NCBI GenBank assembly: GCA_964408735.1
Contig: CAYPAX010000008.1
Span: forward strand, 2,025 to 66,024
DNA: 64,000 nt
Direction of reading: 5' to 3'
Origin: an uncultured Rhodospirillaceae bacterium
Lineage (GTDB): Bacteria > Pseudomonadota > Alphaproteobacteria > UBA7887
Part shown: one piece after another, positions 48,407 through 58,790 of the stretch
Numbering within the stretch: position 1 is the stretch's first letter
Layout: every line of letters begins with the position of its first letter
Translations under genes and position numbers: made by a program
Notes under the pieces: generated by a model
The model's input: only the letters and a program-made list of their open reading frames with translations
Database searches by the model: none
Told to the model about the DNA's origin: nothing

Positions 48407-49200
48407 GCAACCTCGCCGATACCTTCCACGTTCACCACTTCCTTCTGGTTCGGACCCTTGCCGACCGTGTGCACGTCCGCTCCGTTATGACCGGAGCCAT
48501 GAGAGATGCGGAAGCGGGACACGAGATCAGCGAAAGGACGGGCGTTGCCGTTGAACAGGGCTTCCGTGGTCATCGAGGCGAGAGTGTTGGCCGGAACGTT
48601 GGCCTTCAGGTAGCTCCAGAACGCATCAGCTTGCTCAGCTGCAATTCCTTTTTCGAGGGCATAGTCGACAATCGCGACCTCCACCTCCGCCGCCAGCTGC
48701 CGAGTCACGGCAAGCGCTTCGGCCTCATCGATACCGCTGTGGTCAGCTGCGAGCTTCACGGCAGGAGGGAGCTTGTCCGGGTTCATCAAGAGCTGGGAGA
48801 TAGCTGCGGCAGGGTTCGCCCCGACAGCTTCGACGCCACGAGAGAGGTTCACGAACGCCTCGCTGGTGCGACGGTCGAACGCCAACGCCTCGGACATGTC
48901 GGCTTCCTCGGGAGCCTCGGGCTGAGGCATGGCCTTCTCCACCTGGGCAGCGGTCACGTCTTCGTAGCGGCCAAAGGAGTTCAGACGCAGAAATCCCATC
49001 CGCTCCGCATCAGCCACCGTCATGTCCACGCCACGCACGACCACGAGGTCATCGGCGCTAGCATGGTCCCGCAGGGCTGAGCCGTTCGACTGACGAGCCG
49101 TCGCAAGGATGCCATGTGAGTTGTCCCTGGGAGGTGCCTTCACTTCATGTGTGTTGGTGGTGGTGGGGTCGATGCGGATGGTCTCTGTTTCGTTGGGCAT
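48367..49200 (-). CDS. Hypothetical phage-related protein (277 aa)
   Basis: Long ORF in the low-GC islet. Acidic, helical. No recognizable motif. Confidence 0.4.
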   Translation of the reverse strand: MPNETETIRIDPTTTNTHEVKAPPRDNSHGILATARQSNGSALRDHASADDLVVVRGVDMTVADAERMGFLRLNSFGRYEDVTAAQVEKAMPQPEAPEEADMSEALAFDRRTSEAFVNLSRGVEAVGANPAAAISQLLMNPDKLPPAVKLAADHSGIDEAEALAVTRQLAAEVEVAIVDYALEKGIAAEQADAFWSYLKANVPANTLASMTTEALFNGNARPFADLVSRFRISHGSGHNGADVHTVGKGPNQKEVVNVEGIGEVAWTAFGARLSRTA

Positions 49201-49550
49201 TAGTCGTCACCTTCAGATGGGTTGGAAGCGGCGGAGGGAGTGTCCGCTGGTGGGTGGAAGTGGTTCTGAACGATCTCTGTCATCTGGTCAGGATCGAGAT
49301 CAGGGAAGGTGCCAGCCAGCAACCTGCAAGCCATCTCCTTCGTATCGACTCGCCACTGCTTGAGCAGGAAGTCGTAATCCACCTTTGTCGGCGGGCGTTG
49401 ATCAACGCCGAGCGTGCGGCCCGACTGGCTGACTTGCCAGAAGGTGTGGGTGATCGGATCGTAAGTCGTCGCCGCCAGTAGAACACGCCCCGCCGCCGTG
49501 TAATATGCTCGCCCATGAGAACCACCGTGAGAACCAACAACGAGAACCAT
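49200..49550 (-). CDS. Hypothetical protein (116 aa), N-terminus overlaps GAGAACCA repeats
   Basis: ORF in the low-GC islet. Its first 12 codons are the reverse complement of the GAGAACCA repeat array, so the true start may be later or the ORF may be spurious. Confidence 0.3.
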   Translation of the reverse strand: MVLVVGSHGGSHGRAYYTAAGRVLLAATTYDPITHTFWQVSQSGRTLGVDQRPPTKVDYDFLLKQWRVDTKEMACRLLAGTFPDLDPDQMTEIVQNHFHPPADTPSAASNPSEGDD

Positions 49551-49611
49551 TGGTTCTCATCGGCCTCTGGCGGCTCGTAAGGTCTTGGGACTTCTGGAAA
49601 AGCAGATTTTG

Positions 49612-49685
49612 TGGCTGGGGGACCTGGATTCGAACCAGGACTGGTCGGGTCAGAGCCGACAGTTCTACCGTTAAACTATCCCCCA
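49612..49685 (-). tRNA. tRNA-Gln (anticodon CUG)
   Basis: Hand-folded cloverleaf. U1:A72 acceptor pair (typical of bacterial tRNA-Gln). D-stem GTTT/GAAC. Anticodon stem GTCGG/CCGAC with loop CTCTGAC. T-arm CCTGG-TTCGAAT-CCAGG. Discriminator G, then an encoded CCA. Confidence 0.88.
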
Positions 49686-49762
49686 GCGGGGTCTGCTATA
49701 CGAGGGGGAGGAAACTAGGAGCGGCCCGGCGGTGTGTCAAGCGGTGGGCCGGGTGGAATGGC

Positions 49763-50455
49763 ATGGCGAGATCGTCGCGAAAGAAAGGGCGCGGGCCGGG
49801 GCGGGCGCCGCCGAAAGAGAAGCTGCGCACGGCCAAAGGGCGCTCCATATCCTCGTCGCGCTGGCTGCAGCGTCAGCTCGACGACCCTTATGTGGCACGG
49901 GCGCGGGCCGAGGGCTATCGCAGCCGCGCGGCCTTCAAGCTTCTGGAGCTGGACGAGCGCTTCCGCTTCCTCAAGCGTGGCGCCACGGTCGTCGACCTTG
50001 GTGCGGCGCCTGGCGGCTGGAGCCAGGTGGCGGTGGCGTGCGGCGCGCGCGTGCTGGCGGTCGACCTGGTCGAATTCGAGCCAGTGCCCGGGGCCGAGCA
50101 TCTCACCCTCGATTTCCTCGACGAAGGCGCCGATGTGACCATACGCCAAGCGCTCGGCGGGTCGGCGGATGTGGTCATGAGCGACATGGCGGCACCGGCG
50201 ACGGGCACGCCCAATGTGGATCACTTGCGCATCATGGCCTTATGCGAGGCTGCTGCCGAGTTTGCCGAGAGCGTGTTGGCGCCGGGGGGCTGTTTTCTGG
50301 CGAAGGTTTTGCGGGGCGGCGGCGAGGCGTCTTTGGTGGCGCATCTCAAGCGCCGTTTCCGCTCCGTCCGCCACGTCAAGCCGGCAGCCAGCCGGGCCGA
50401 TTCCGCCGAGCTCTATCTGCTGGCGATGGGTTACCGGGGGGCCGAGGAGGATTAG
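49763..50455 (+). CDS. rlmE: 23S rRNA (uridine2552-2'-O)-methyltransferase RlmE (FtsJ)
   Basis: Start MARSSRKKG...SSSRWLQRQLDDPYV. SAM motif VVDLGAAPGGWSQV. Catalytic K-D-K-E context. Confidence 0.9.
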   Translation: MARSSRKKGRGPGRAPPKEKLRTAKGRSISSSRWLQRQLDDPYVARARAEGYRSRAAFKLLELDERFRFLKRGATVVDLGAAPGGWSQVAVACGARVLAVDLVEFEPVPGAEHLTLDFLDEGADVTIRQALGGSADVVMSDMAAPATGTPNVDHLRIMALCEAAAEFAESVLAPGGCFLAKVLRGGGEASLVAHLKRRFRSVRHVKPAASRADSAELYLLAMGYRGAEED

Positions 50456-50790
50456 GAGCGTCCGGGTAGTGCGGATTCGCCGAGGCTGCACCAGTCTTCG
50501 TCGGCGATAGCGCGTGGCTCGCAGGGGTTGCGGGGGCTGTCGATGACCATGACATCGGCCGAGCTCGTCTTGGTCGTAACGGGGCTGCGCACCGGCGATT
50601 CGCTGAATTGCGTGGTCTGAGCCATGCGCGCACCGCCGCCACGTCCGCTGTCAGCCGGGGTCCAAATAATCATCATATTCCTCCGCTCCGTTTGCCAGCG
50701 GTCCCATCCGCCGGCCTACGACTAGGAGAATGCGCCGCGCGGCCGCGGCTGGGAGTGACGACCGTCACACAGCAGCCCAGGCCCTTGTGA

Positions 50791-52335
<1,545 letters not shown>

Positions 52336-52361
52336 AGCATGCCTCGGCGGGAGGACGCCGA

Positions 52362-52673
52362 ATGCCGAAAGCTCCGTGGCAAACATGTGAAATCTGTCGC
52401 GATCTTCCCGCGAGCAGCAAGGCGGACGCCATGCAAGGCGAGAGCCTGCCGCCTGCGGTGGACAGGCTAGACCGCTGCAACAGCGTCCTGCGCTGTCCGC
52501 AATGTCATAGTTATTATTATTATGATGACGGCAACGACCCGCATCACTTCATGCCGGATCCCGAAAGGCTCGAGCGGATAGAGACCGACGTCGCGCGTCG
52601 ATACCTTGCCAACTACATATCGGACACGGCGAAGCGCTGGCTGCGGGATTTGGATACGGGTGCGTGTAAGTAG
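52362..52673 (+). CDS. Small Cys-rich hypothetical protein (zinc-ribbon-like CxxC...CxxC)
   Basis: CEIC...CPQC pairs. YYYYDDGND run. Local GC dip. Starts 26 nt after guaB. Confidence 0.35.
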   Translation: MPKAPWQTCEICRDLPASSKADAMQGESLPPAVDRLDRCNSVLRCPQCHSYYYYDDGNDPHHFMPDPERLERIETDVARRYLANYISDTAKRWLRDLDTGACK

Positions 52674-52767
52674 CCCCGATATGTTCTAGACTGACGGCAG
52701 GCGCCGGGTCGCCATAGCTCCCGGAGCAACCGACATTCCGGAGGGCGCGCCTTGCGCCATTGCCATC

Positions 52768-53733
52768 ATGTCAGACGAAATCATTTCCGCTCAGACCAAG
52801 CAGATTTGCATCGTGCTGGTCGCCATGTTCGCGATAGCGCTTCTCTACGACCGCATTCCCGTGCATCCCAGCTTCAGCTTCTATTGGGCGGTCTTTCTGC
52901 CCGTGATCGCGACCGTCTGCGCCGTCACCATCGAGATTCTGACGATCGGCATTGAGAAGAGCTCGGTCCGACAGCTCATCATCGCGCAAGACGACCAGTC
53001 CACAGGCTACGACACCTTTTTCTATCTCGTGCATCTGCTGGGAATCTGGGCCTGGCTGCCGCTGGTCGTGAGCCTGGGGCTGATCACCTACGCCGCGGAT
53101 TTCCACGACTCCATGGTCGCCTACGGGGAGGCCAAGGGCTTTGGCCTGGCAACGGGAATATTGCCCGTCGATGTTCTGGTGTTCGCGGTGCTGTGGACGT
53201 TCTTTGACTACTGGAACCACCGCATCGTGCATATGCAGCCGCTCTGGTACTTTCATCGCATGCACCACTCGGCCACGAACCTGACTCTGTTCACGGCCAC
53301 GCGAAACAACCCCATCGCCTATGTGGTGGAGCCTTTCATTCGCGTTTGGCCGTTTGTGCTGTTCATGCCGGATGTGATTACGCTGACCTGTTTCATAGCG
53401 CTCAACCACACCTACCAACTCCTGGTTCACTCGCGCATACAGACCGACTGGGGTTGGTTCGGGCGCTGGGTGATGGTGTCTCCGGCGGCGCATCGCGTCC
53501 ATCACAGCTGCAATCCGGAGCATTACGGCAAGAACCTGGCCATGGCGACGTTGTGGGACAAGATATTCGGCACCTGGATCGGCGCCGATCACGGTGAGAT
53601 CGAGCTCGGCGTGAAGGAAAGCAAACACAATTCCGGGAATCTGATCCGCGATATCTATATCGATATCTGGATGTTCTTTCGCGAATCCGTTGGCATGCTA
53701 CGCGGCCTGGTCACCAGCAACCCGACGCGCTGA
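52768..53733 (+). CDS. Fatty acid hydroxylase / sterol desaturase family membrane protein
   Basis: His boxes HRIVHMQPLWYFHRMHHS and HRVHHSCNPEH. Multiple transmembrane helices. Confidence 0.8.
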   Translation: MSDEIISAQTKQICIVLVAMFAIALLYDRIPVHPSFSFYWAVFLPVIATVCAVTIEILTIGIEKSSVRQLIIAQDDQSTGYDTFFYLVHLLGIWAWLPLVVSLGLITYAADFHDSMVAYGEAKGFGLATGILPVDVLVFAVLWTFFDYWNHRIVHMQPLWYFHRMHHSATNLTLFTATRNNPIAYVVEPFIRVWPFVLFMPDVITLTCFIALNHTYQLLVHSRIQTDWGWFGRWVMVSPAAHRVHHSCNPEHYGKNLAMATLWDKIFGTWIGADHGEIELGVKESKHNSGNLIRDIYIDIWMFFRESVGMLRGLVTSNPTR

Positions 53734-53768
53734 CGCACTCGCGAGCACCCCTTGTATGCCGGCTCTCC

Positions 53769-55646
53769 TTACGCCGGGCGCTTCAGGATGTCCCTGCGGC
53801 AGGCCGCGACGACATCCCGCAAAGACCGGCGTAGGCGTTGCCGGTCGTCTGCCGGCATGCGTGTCAGGCTCAGATAGCTCCGTGCTCGTCGCCACGATGC
53901 TCGGGCCCGGTCGGCATAATGCAGCGAGACGCGGGCGAAATAGGGCAGGGTGGCGAGGTAGAGGGCAGCGCCGAGTGGTGAGACGAGGGCGGCGATGAGC
54001 ACTGTCTGGGCGAGGGCGAAGAGCGGCAGCACGATTAGCGCCGGAATCACGAAATGGGTCGCCCATTGGTCCTCGAGGCGTGGCGCGCGGCGGGTCTCAT
54101 AGCAGAGCGCCAGCAAAGAGGGCAGAGAGTTGATTGCGCCCCACAGCGCCGGGGCTAAGCCGACCACGAGCAGTTCGATCTCGCGCAGGGCAAAGAGCAG
54201 CGCCCGCCAGCGCGACAGCGGCACCAGCAGGTCTTCGGTGGCGATGCCGTGGCGGCGGGTCTCGCGGCGAAGGGCCATGGCGTCTGCGAGGACAGGGCCT
54301 GCATCTGCCTGGCTCAGCCGGCGACGCCAGTGCCAGGCGCGCAGCAGGCGGGATTCGGGGTGGCCGAGGGGCTGCGGCGGCCGGTTGCCGCGGGCTGCCA
54401 GATCGGCGAGGTAGGGCAGGCGCTTGGCGTCGCGAGCCCGCCCATATTGCGGTACCAGGGTGGCGATGGCTTTGAAGAAGGTCTCGCCGAGCGCCTTCGG
54501 GGTCGCGTCAGCCCCTTGGTCTGCCAACCATTGGCGCAAGCTGATCGGGGCGCCAAACTCGACCAGGGCGGTCGAGCGCAGGCGCGATTTGTCGTCATAG
54601 AGCAGGCCCGCAGGGATGATCGTGAGATCGGGCAGATCTTCCGCGGCCGCGCGCTCGCCATAGGCCAGCGCGATGCGCGCGGCGCCCGAGCGGAACTTGC
54701 GCATGGCCGGGTCGGAGTTGCTTTGGCCCTCCGGAAACAGGCAGAGCACGCCGCCGTCTGCCAGACGGTCGATGGCGCCGGTCAGCGCGGTCTTGTTGGC
54801 GCTCATGTCCGCCCCCTTATCCTGGGCGCGGTGCAGCTGGATGATGCCGAGGGCTTCCAGCAGCACCCGGTTGAGCGGTTTCTGCGTCAGGCTGGCGCGC
54901 GCGGTCAGCGTCACCTGGCGAGGCAGGCAGGCCGCGACCATGCCGCCGTCGATGAAGGCGTTGGCGTGATTGGCGACGATCAGCACCGGCCCGTCTGCGG
55001 GAACGTTGGCGAGCCCCGCGGCCTCGACCCGGCGATAATAGATGCCCATGAGCAGGCGGTAGAAATGGGCGACGGCGTTCTGGATGGGGCCGCTGCCACC
55101 GCGCAGCTTTGGCCGCCCGCCTCGCCCCGTCAGGGTGCGCGCTGCAAGTCCGATGGCCGTGCCGAGAGCGACGCTAACAGGCGCCGGCCCCCAGGCCGCC
55201 AGCACCGCCACAGGCACCAGCACCAGCCCGCGGGTACGGTGAAAGCGCAGATCGAACAGGCAGAGATAGAGCGCCAGCGCAACCGGCAGGCTCGGCGGCG
55301 CCAGCAGGGCGAGTGCTAGGACCAGCGCCAGGCCGTCGACGAATCGGCGCTTCTCGCCCGGCGGGCGCGCCAGCAGGCCGAGCACGATGGTGAGGCAGAG
55401 ATAGGCAAGGAGCGCCGACAGCCCTGCGCCATGGTGCAGCGTGAGCATGACGGCGAGCACGGCAAAGCCGCGGCCGAAATGGCGCCACAAGCGGCTTCGG
55501 CGCTGGCTCAGCAGCAGCGCGTAGGCGACCGTGAGCGACAGCGCCACAAGGGGAGCGCCGATCGCCACTGCCAATACCGGCGCGGCAAGCGTCAGGGCAT
55601 CGGCCAAAGTGATGCCAGGCAGCCGAAATCGGTGTATGAGCCTCAC
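53769..55646 (-). CDS. Lysophospholipid acyltransferase (PlsC/LPLAT) family membrane protein with extended membrane domains
   Basis: Acyltransferase motifs (NHANAFIDG, FPEGQ) in the central part. Hydrophobic N- and C-terminal regions. 625 aa. Confidence 0.7.
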   Translation of the reverse strand: MRLIHRFRLPGITLADALTLAAPVLAVAIGAPLVALSLTVAYALLLSQRRSRLWRHFGRGFAVLAVMLTLHHGAGLSALLAYLCLTIVLGLLARPPGEKRRFVDGLALVLALALLAPPSLPVALALYLCLFDLRFHRTRGLVLVPVAVLAAWGPAPVSVALGTAIGLAARTLTGRGGRPKLRGGSGPIQNAVAHFYRLLMGIYYRRVEAAGLANVPADGPVLIVANHANAFIDGGMVAACLPRQVTLTARASLTQKPLNRVLLEALGIIQLHRAQDKGADMSANKTALTGAIDRLADGGVLCLFPEGQSNSDPAMRKFRSGAARIALAYGERAAAEDLPDLTIIPAGLLYDDKSRLRSTALVEFGAPISLRQWLADQGADATPKALGETFFKAIATLVPQYGRARDAKRLPYLADLAARGNRPPQPLGHPESRLLRAWHWRRRLSQADAGPVLADAMALRRETRRHGIATEDLLVPLSRWRALLFALREIELLVVGLAPALWGAINSLPSLLALCYETRRAPRLEDQWATHFVIPALIVLPLFALAQTVLIAALVSPLGAALYLATLPYFARVSLHYADRARASWRRARSYLSLTRMPADDRQRLRRSLRDVVAACRRDILKRPA

Positions 55647-55709
55647 CTCGTCAGAGTTTCAGACGGGAAGGATAATGGATTTCGTGCAACCCCGGATCAA
55701 GGCGGGCTG

Positions 55710-56963
55710 ATGACACCGGCCGCGCGCACCCAGGCAGCCATCGAGCTGCTGTCGCAGATCGAGGCCGAGGGCCTGCCGGCGGACGCGGCCGTCAGGGCGT
55801 ATACACGCCAACGCCGCTACATGGGCTCGAAGGATCGCCGCGCCGTCGCCGATCTCGTCTTTGCGACCATTCGCGCCCGCCTGGCGCTCGACTGGCGCAT
55901 CGCACAGGCCGGCGGCTCGCCAAGCCCCCGCCTGCGCGTGCTTGCCGGGTTGGCGCGGGACGACGTCGAGCACATGGCAAGCCTTTGCGATGGCAGCACC
56001 TACGGTCCGTCAGAGCTTGGCGAAGACGAGCGCAGCCTGCTCAGCGCTGTAGCGGCTGACGATGCAGAGCCGCCCGCCAACGTCCCCGCCTGGCTGGAGC
56101 CCGAGATGCGCCGGCGTTTCGGTGCGGCGATGGAGGAGGAGCTTGCCGCGCTCGACAGCGAGGCGGCGCTAGACCTGCGCGTCGCGGCGGGGCACGACCG
56201 TGACGCCATCATGGCGCAGCTGACCTCGCTGGGCATGGCGGCCGAGGCGACGCCGCTGTCGCCCCATGGCATTCGCGTGAGGGGCCGCCCGCGCATCGAC
56301 GGCCTGCCGGCCTGGCGCGATGGCGCGATCGAGATCCAGGACGAGGGCGCGCAGCTCGTGGCGCTGCTCTGCGAGGCGGCGCAGGCGCGCTGCATTGTCG
56401 ATTACTGCGCCGGCGCGGGCGGCAAGACCCTGGCGCTTGCGGCCCTGGCGCCCGAGGCGCGCCTGATCGCCTGCGACAGTGATGCCAAGCGACTGGGCCG
56501 GCTTGCCCCACGGCTTGCACGTGCCGGTATCGCCGGCGTCGAAAGCCATGTCATAGGCAGTGACGATCCGCTGACGGAAGGCCTCGCCGAGCGCGTGCTG
56601 GTGGATGTGCCGTGCAGCGGCACCGGTGCCTGGCGGCGCAATCCGGATGATCGTCATCGGCTGACAGCCGATGCGCTGGCTGCCTATACCGCGCGCCAGG
56701 ACGAGATCCTGGCCGCCGCAGCGCCGTTGGTCGCACCCGGCGGGCGGCTGATCTACGCCACCTGCTCGCTGTTGCCGCGCGAGAACGAGGATCGGGTCGA
56801 CGGGTTCCTTGCCGCACGAAGCGATTTTCAGCGTCTCGAAGTGCGCGAAATCTGGCGGCGGGCACTTGCCGCGCCACCGCCGGGCGAACGCCCGGACCTG
56901 CTGCTCACGCCCCACCGCCACGGCACAGACGGCTTCTACGTCGCCGTCCTGCGGCGCGCCTGA
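55710..56963 (+). CDS. RsmB/NOP (Sun) family RNA cytosine-C5 methyltransferase
   Basis: Start MTPAARTQAAIELL at 55710. SAM motif VDYCAGAGGKT. Catalytic PCSGTG and ATCSL motifs. Confidence 0.85.
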   Translation: MTPAARTQAAIELLSQIEAEGLPADAAVRAYTRQRRYMGSKDRRAVADLVFATIRARLALDWRIAQAGGSPSPRLRVLAGLARDDVEHMASLCDGSTYGPSELGEDERSLLSAVAADDAEPPANVPAWLEPEMRRRFGAAMEEELAALDSEAALDLRVAAGHDRDAIMAQLTSLGMAAEATPLSPHGIRVRGRPRIDGLPAWRDGAIEIQDEGAQLVALLCEAAQARCIVDYCAGAGGKTLALAALAPEARLIACDSDAKRLGRLAPRLARAGIAGVESHVIGSDDPLTEGLAERVLVDVPCSGTGAWRRNPDDRHRLTADALAAYTARQDEILAAAAPLVAPGGRLIYATCSLLPRENEDRVDGFLAARSDFQRLEVREIWRRALAAPPPGERPDLLLTPHRHGTDGFYVAVLRRA

Positions 56964-57025
56964 CTTCGGCTCGCGCGCCGCTTGTGGAATCGTGGAAAAA
57001 AAGACCTTGGATGGGGAGACTTGAT

Positions 57026-57645
57026 ATGGCTCGGATTGCGAGGAATGCCGCCCATCTGGCTTTGGCCGCATGCCTGGGGATCAGTAGTGTTGCGTTTGCG
57101 GCGGAACGGCGCGAGCGCATAGAGGTTGCGCCGTCGGTCGAGCGCGAGCGGGCAGGACCCGAGATCCAGCGCGTCACGCCGCAGGAAGATGACGGCCCGG
57201 GCGTTCGGGCCGCACCGGAGGCCATTCGGCCGGAAATCATGCGCGAGCGCGATGTTCCCTCATTAGAAAGCATCAGTGGCGATTGCGCATTCGGTTTCGA
57301 AGGCGAGCCCGATCCCAATGACGGGCACAAATACCTCTGCCGCAGCTGGCAGGTCACCGGCGTATTCGGCTGCAACGTGCCGTTTACACGACGATCAACC
57401 ACTCGCCCACGGTGTCGCAGAACATTGCCGAGTATCGCTGTAAGACGTCGCCGTCGGCCCCGGCGCCGGCCGCGGGCGTCTGTCGCCTGCCGTTCATCGT
57501 GGAGACCTTGAGCGTTACCAGCTCTGTTGCGATCTATCGCTGCAAGAGCTGGAACCCGACATGCACGGGGTCGTTCAATTACATGCCGCACTCAATGCAT
57601 TATGATTCGCTGACGGAGCGGTTCGTCTATACCTGCAAGTACTGA
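57026..57645 (+). pseudogene. Secreted Cys-rich repeat protein gene with apparent frameshift near 57380-57415
   Basis: Signal peptide MARIARNAAHLALAACLGISSVAFA (GGGGAGA Shine-Dalgarno). Repeats of Y-x-C-[RK]-S-W are split between frame 1 (KYLCRSWQVTGVFGCN) and frame 2 (EYRCKTSPS..., IYRCKSWNPTCTG..., YTCKY). Frame 1 becomes Arg-rich junk after the switch. Confidence 0.4.
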
Positions 57646-57648
57646 CGC

Positions 57649-58788
57649 TCAGACGTAACCGGGGCCGTCGATCAGCGGCAGGTCGGCGAGCACCGCCTCG
57701 TCGATCTCGACGCCGAGGCCGGGGCCTTCCGGTGGGCGCACATTGCCGTTCTCGTCGACTTCCGCCTGCCAATTGCAGAGTTGGTCGCGGAAGGGGTTGT
57801 GGGCCGAGAGGTCGGCCTCGAAATAGCCCGCATTGTCGATGCTGCAGAGGTAATGGATGCTGGCCGCGACATTCAGGCCCGTGGCCGAGGTATGCGGATT
57901 GATGCGCAGCTTCCAGGCCGAGGCCAGGGCGGCGATGCGTATGCCCTCGGTGATGCCGCCGGTCTTCGAGAGGTCCGGCTGCAGGATGGTGATGACGCCG
58001 TCCTCGATCACACGGTGGAACTCGAAGCGCGTGTAGTGGTTCTCGCCGGCTGCCAGCGGCGTACGCCCGAAGCCTTTGGCCTCGGCGTAGCGGCGGTGGT
58101 CGTGGGGCGCGAAAGGCTCCTCCAGCCAGCCCACGTTCGCCTCGTCCAGCACCGGCATGACGCGGCGGGCGTCGTCGAGGGTATAGGCGGTATTGGCGTC
58201 GGTCAGGATGTCGATGTCGTCGCCCAGGCGCTCGCGTACCGCGGCGACGCGCGCCATGTCCGCCTGTGCCGTATCGCCGAGCCTGAGCTTCAGCGCGCGA
58301 TAGCCGCTTGCGACCACGCCCGCCGCCTCTTCCGCCAACTCAGCCGGCGGCTGATAGCCGAGCGAGATGCCGCCGGCATAGGCCGGGACCGCTTTCGCCG
58401 CGCCGCCGAGCAGCTTGTAGAGCGGCCAGCCCGTGGCCTTGCCGCGAATGTCCCAGAGCGCCAAGTCGACGCCGCTCAGGGCCAGGCAGGCGGCTGAGCC
58501 CATGCCGTGGCTGGCGAGCTGCATGCGATAGACGCGGTCCCAAACGCCGTTCACGTCGCTGGCGTCCATGCCTTGGACCAGCGTGTTCAAGGTCGTATTG
58601 ATGAGCTGGGCAATGGCTCCCGGCGCGCGCCCCGGATGGGCCTCGCCCCAGCCGACGACGCCGTCGTCCGTCTCGATACGCACGAGCACGGAATCGCGCT
58701 TGATGGCCTGGCCGATGCCGAGCCTGACCTGGTGCTCCGGCGGCACCGGAAAGGAAATAGGGAAGGCTTTGATGGTGGCGATTTTCAT
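57649..58788 (-). CDS. Mandelate racemase/muconate lactonizing enzyme family protein (enolase superfamily)
   Basis: Real start MKIATIKAF at 58786-58788 (379 aa). Capping domain and barrel domain with metal ligands (D..E..D pattern, LEEPF). The upstream part of the 814-aa track ORF is junk. Confidence 0.85.
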   Translation of the reverse strand: MKIATIKAFPISFPVPPEHQVRLGIGQAIKRDSVLVRIETDDGVVGWGEAHPGRAPGAIAQLINTTLNTLVQGMDASDVNGVWDRVYRMQLASHGMGSAACLALSGVDLALWDIRGKATGWPLYKLLGGAAKAVPAYAGGISLGYQPPAELAEEAAGVVASGYRALKLRLGDTAQADMARVAAVRERLGDDIDILTDANTAYTLDDARRVMPVLDEANVGWLEEPFAPHDHRRYAEAKGFGRTPLAAGENHYTRFEFHRVIEDGVITILQPDLSKTGGITEGIRIAALASAWKLRINPHTSATGLNVAASIHYLCSIDNAGYFEADLSAHNPFRDQLCNWQAEVDENGNVRPPEGPGLGVEIDEAVLADLPLIDGPGYV

Positions 58789-58790
58789 GG

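Noticed and set aside
50452-50676. 74-aa minus-strand ORF between rlmE and guaB
   Set aside because: It has a Ser/Pro/Arg-rich low-complexity sequence and no ribosome-binding site. It overlaps the rlmE 3' end and the probable guaB promoter region, so is likely non-coding.
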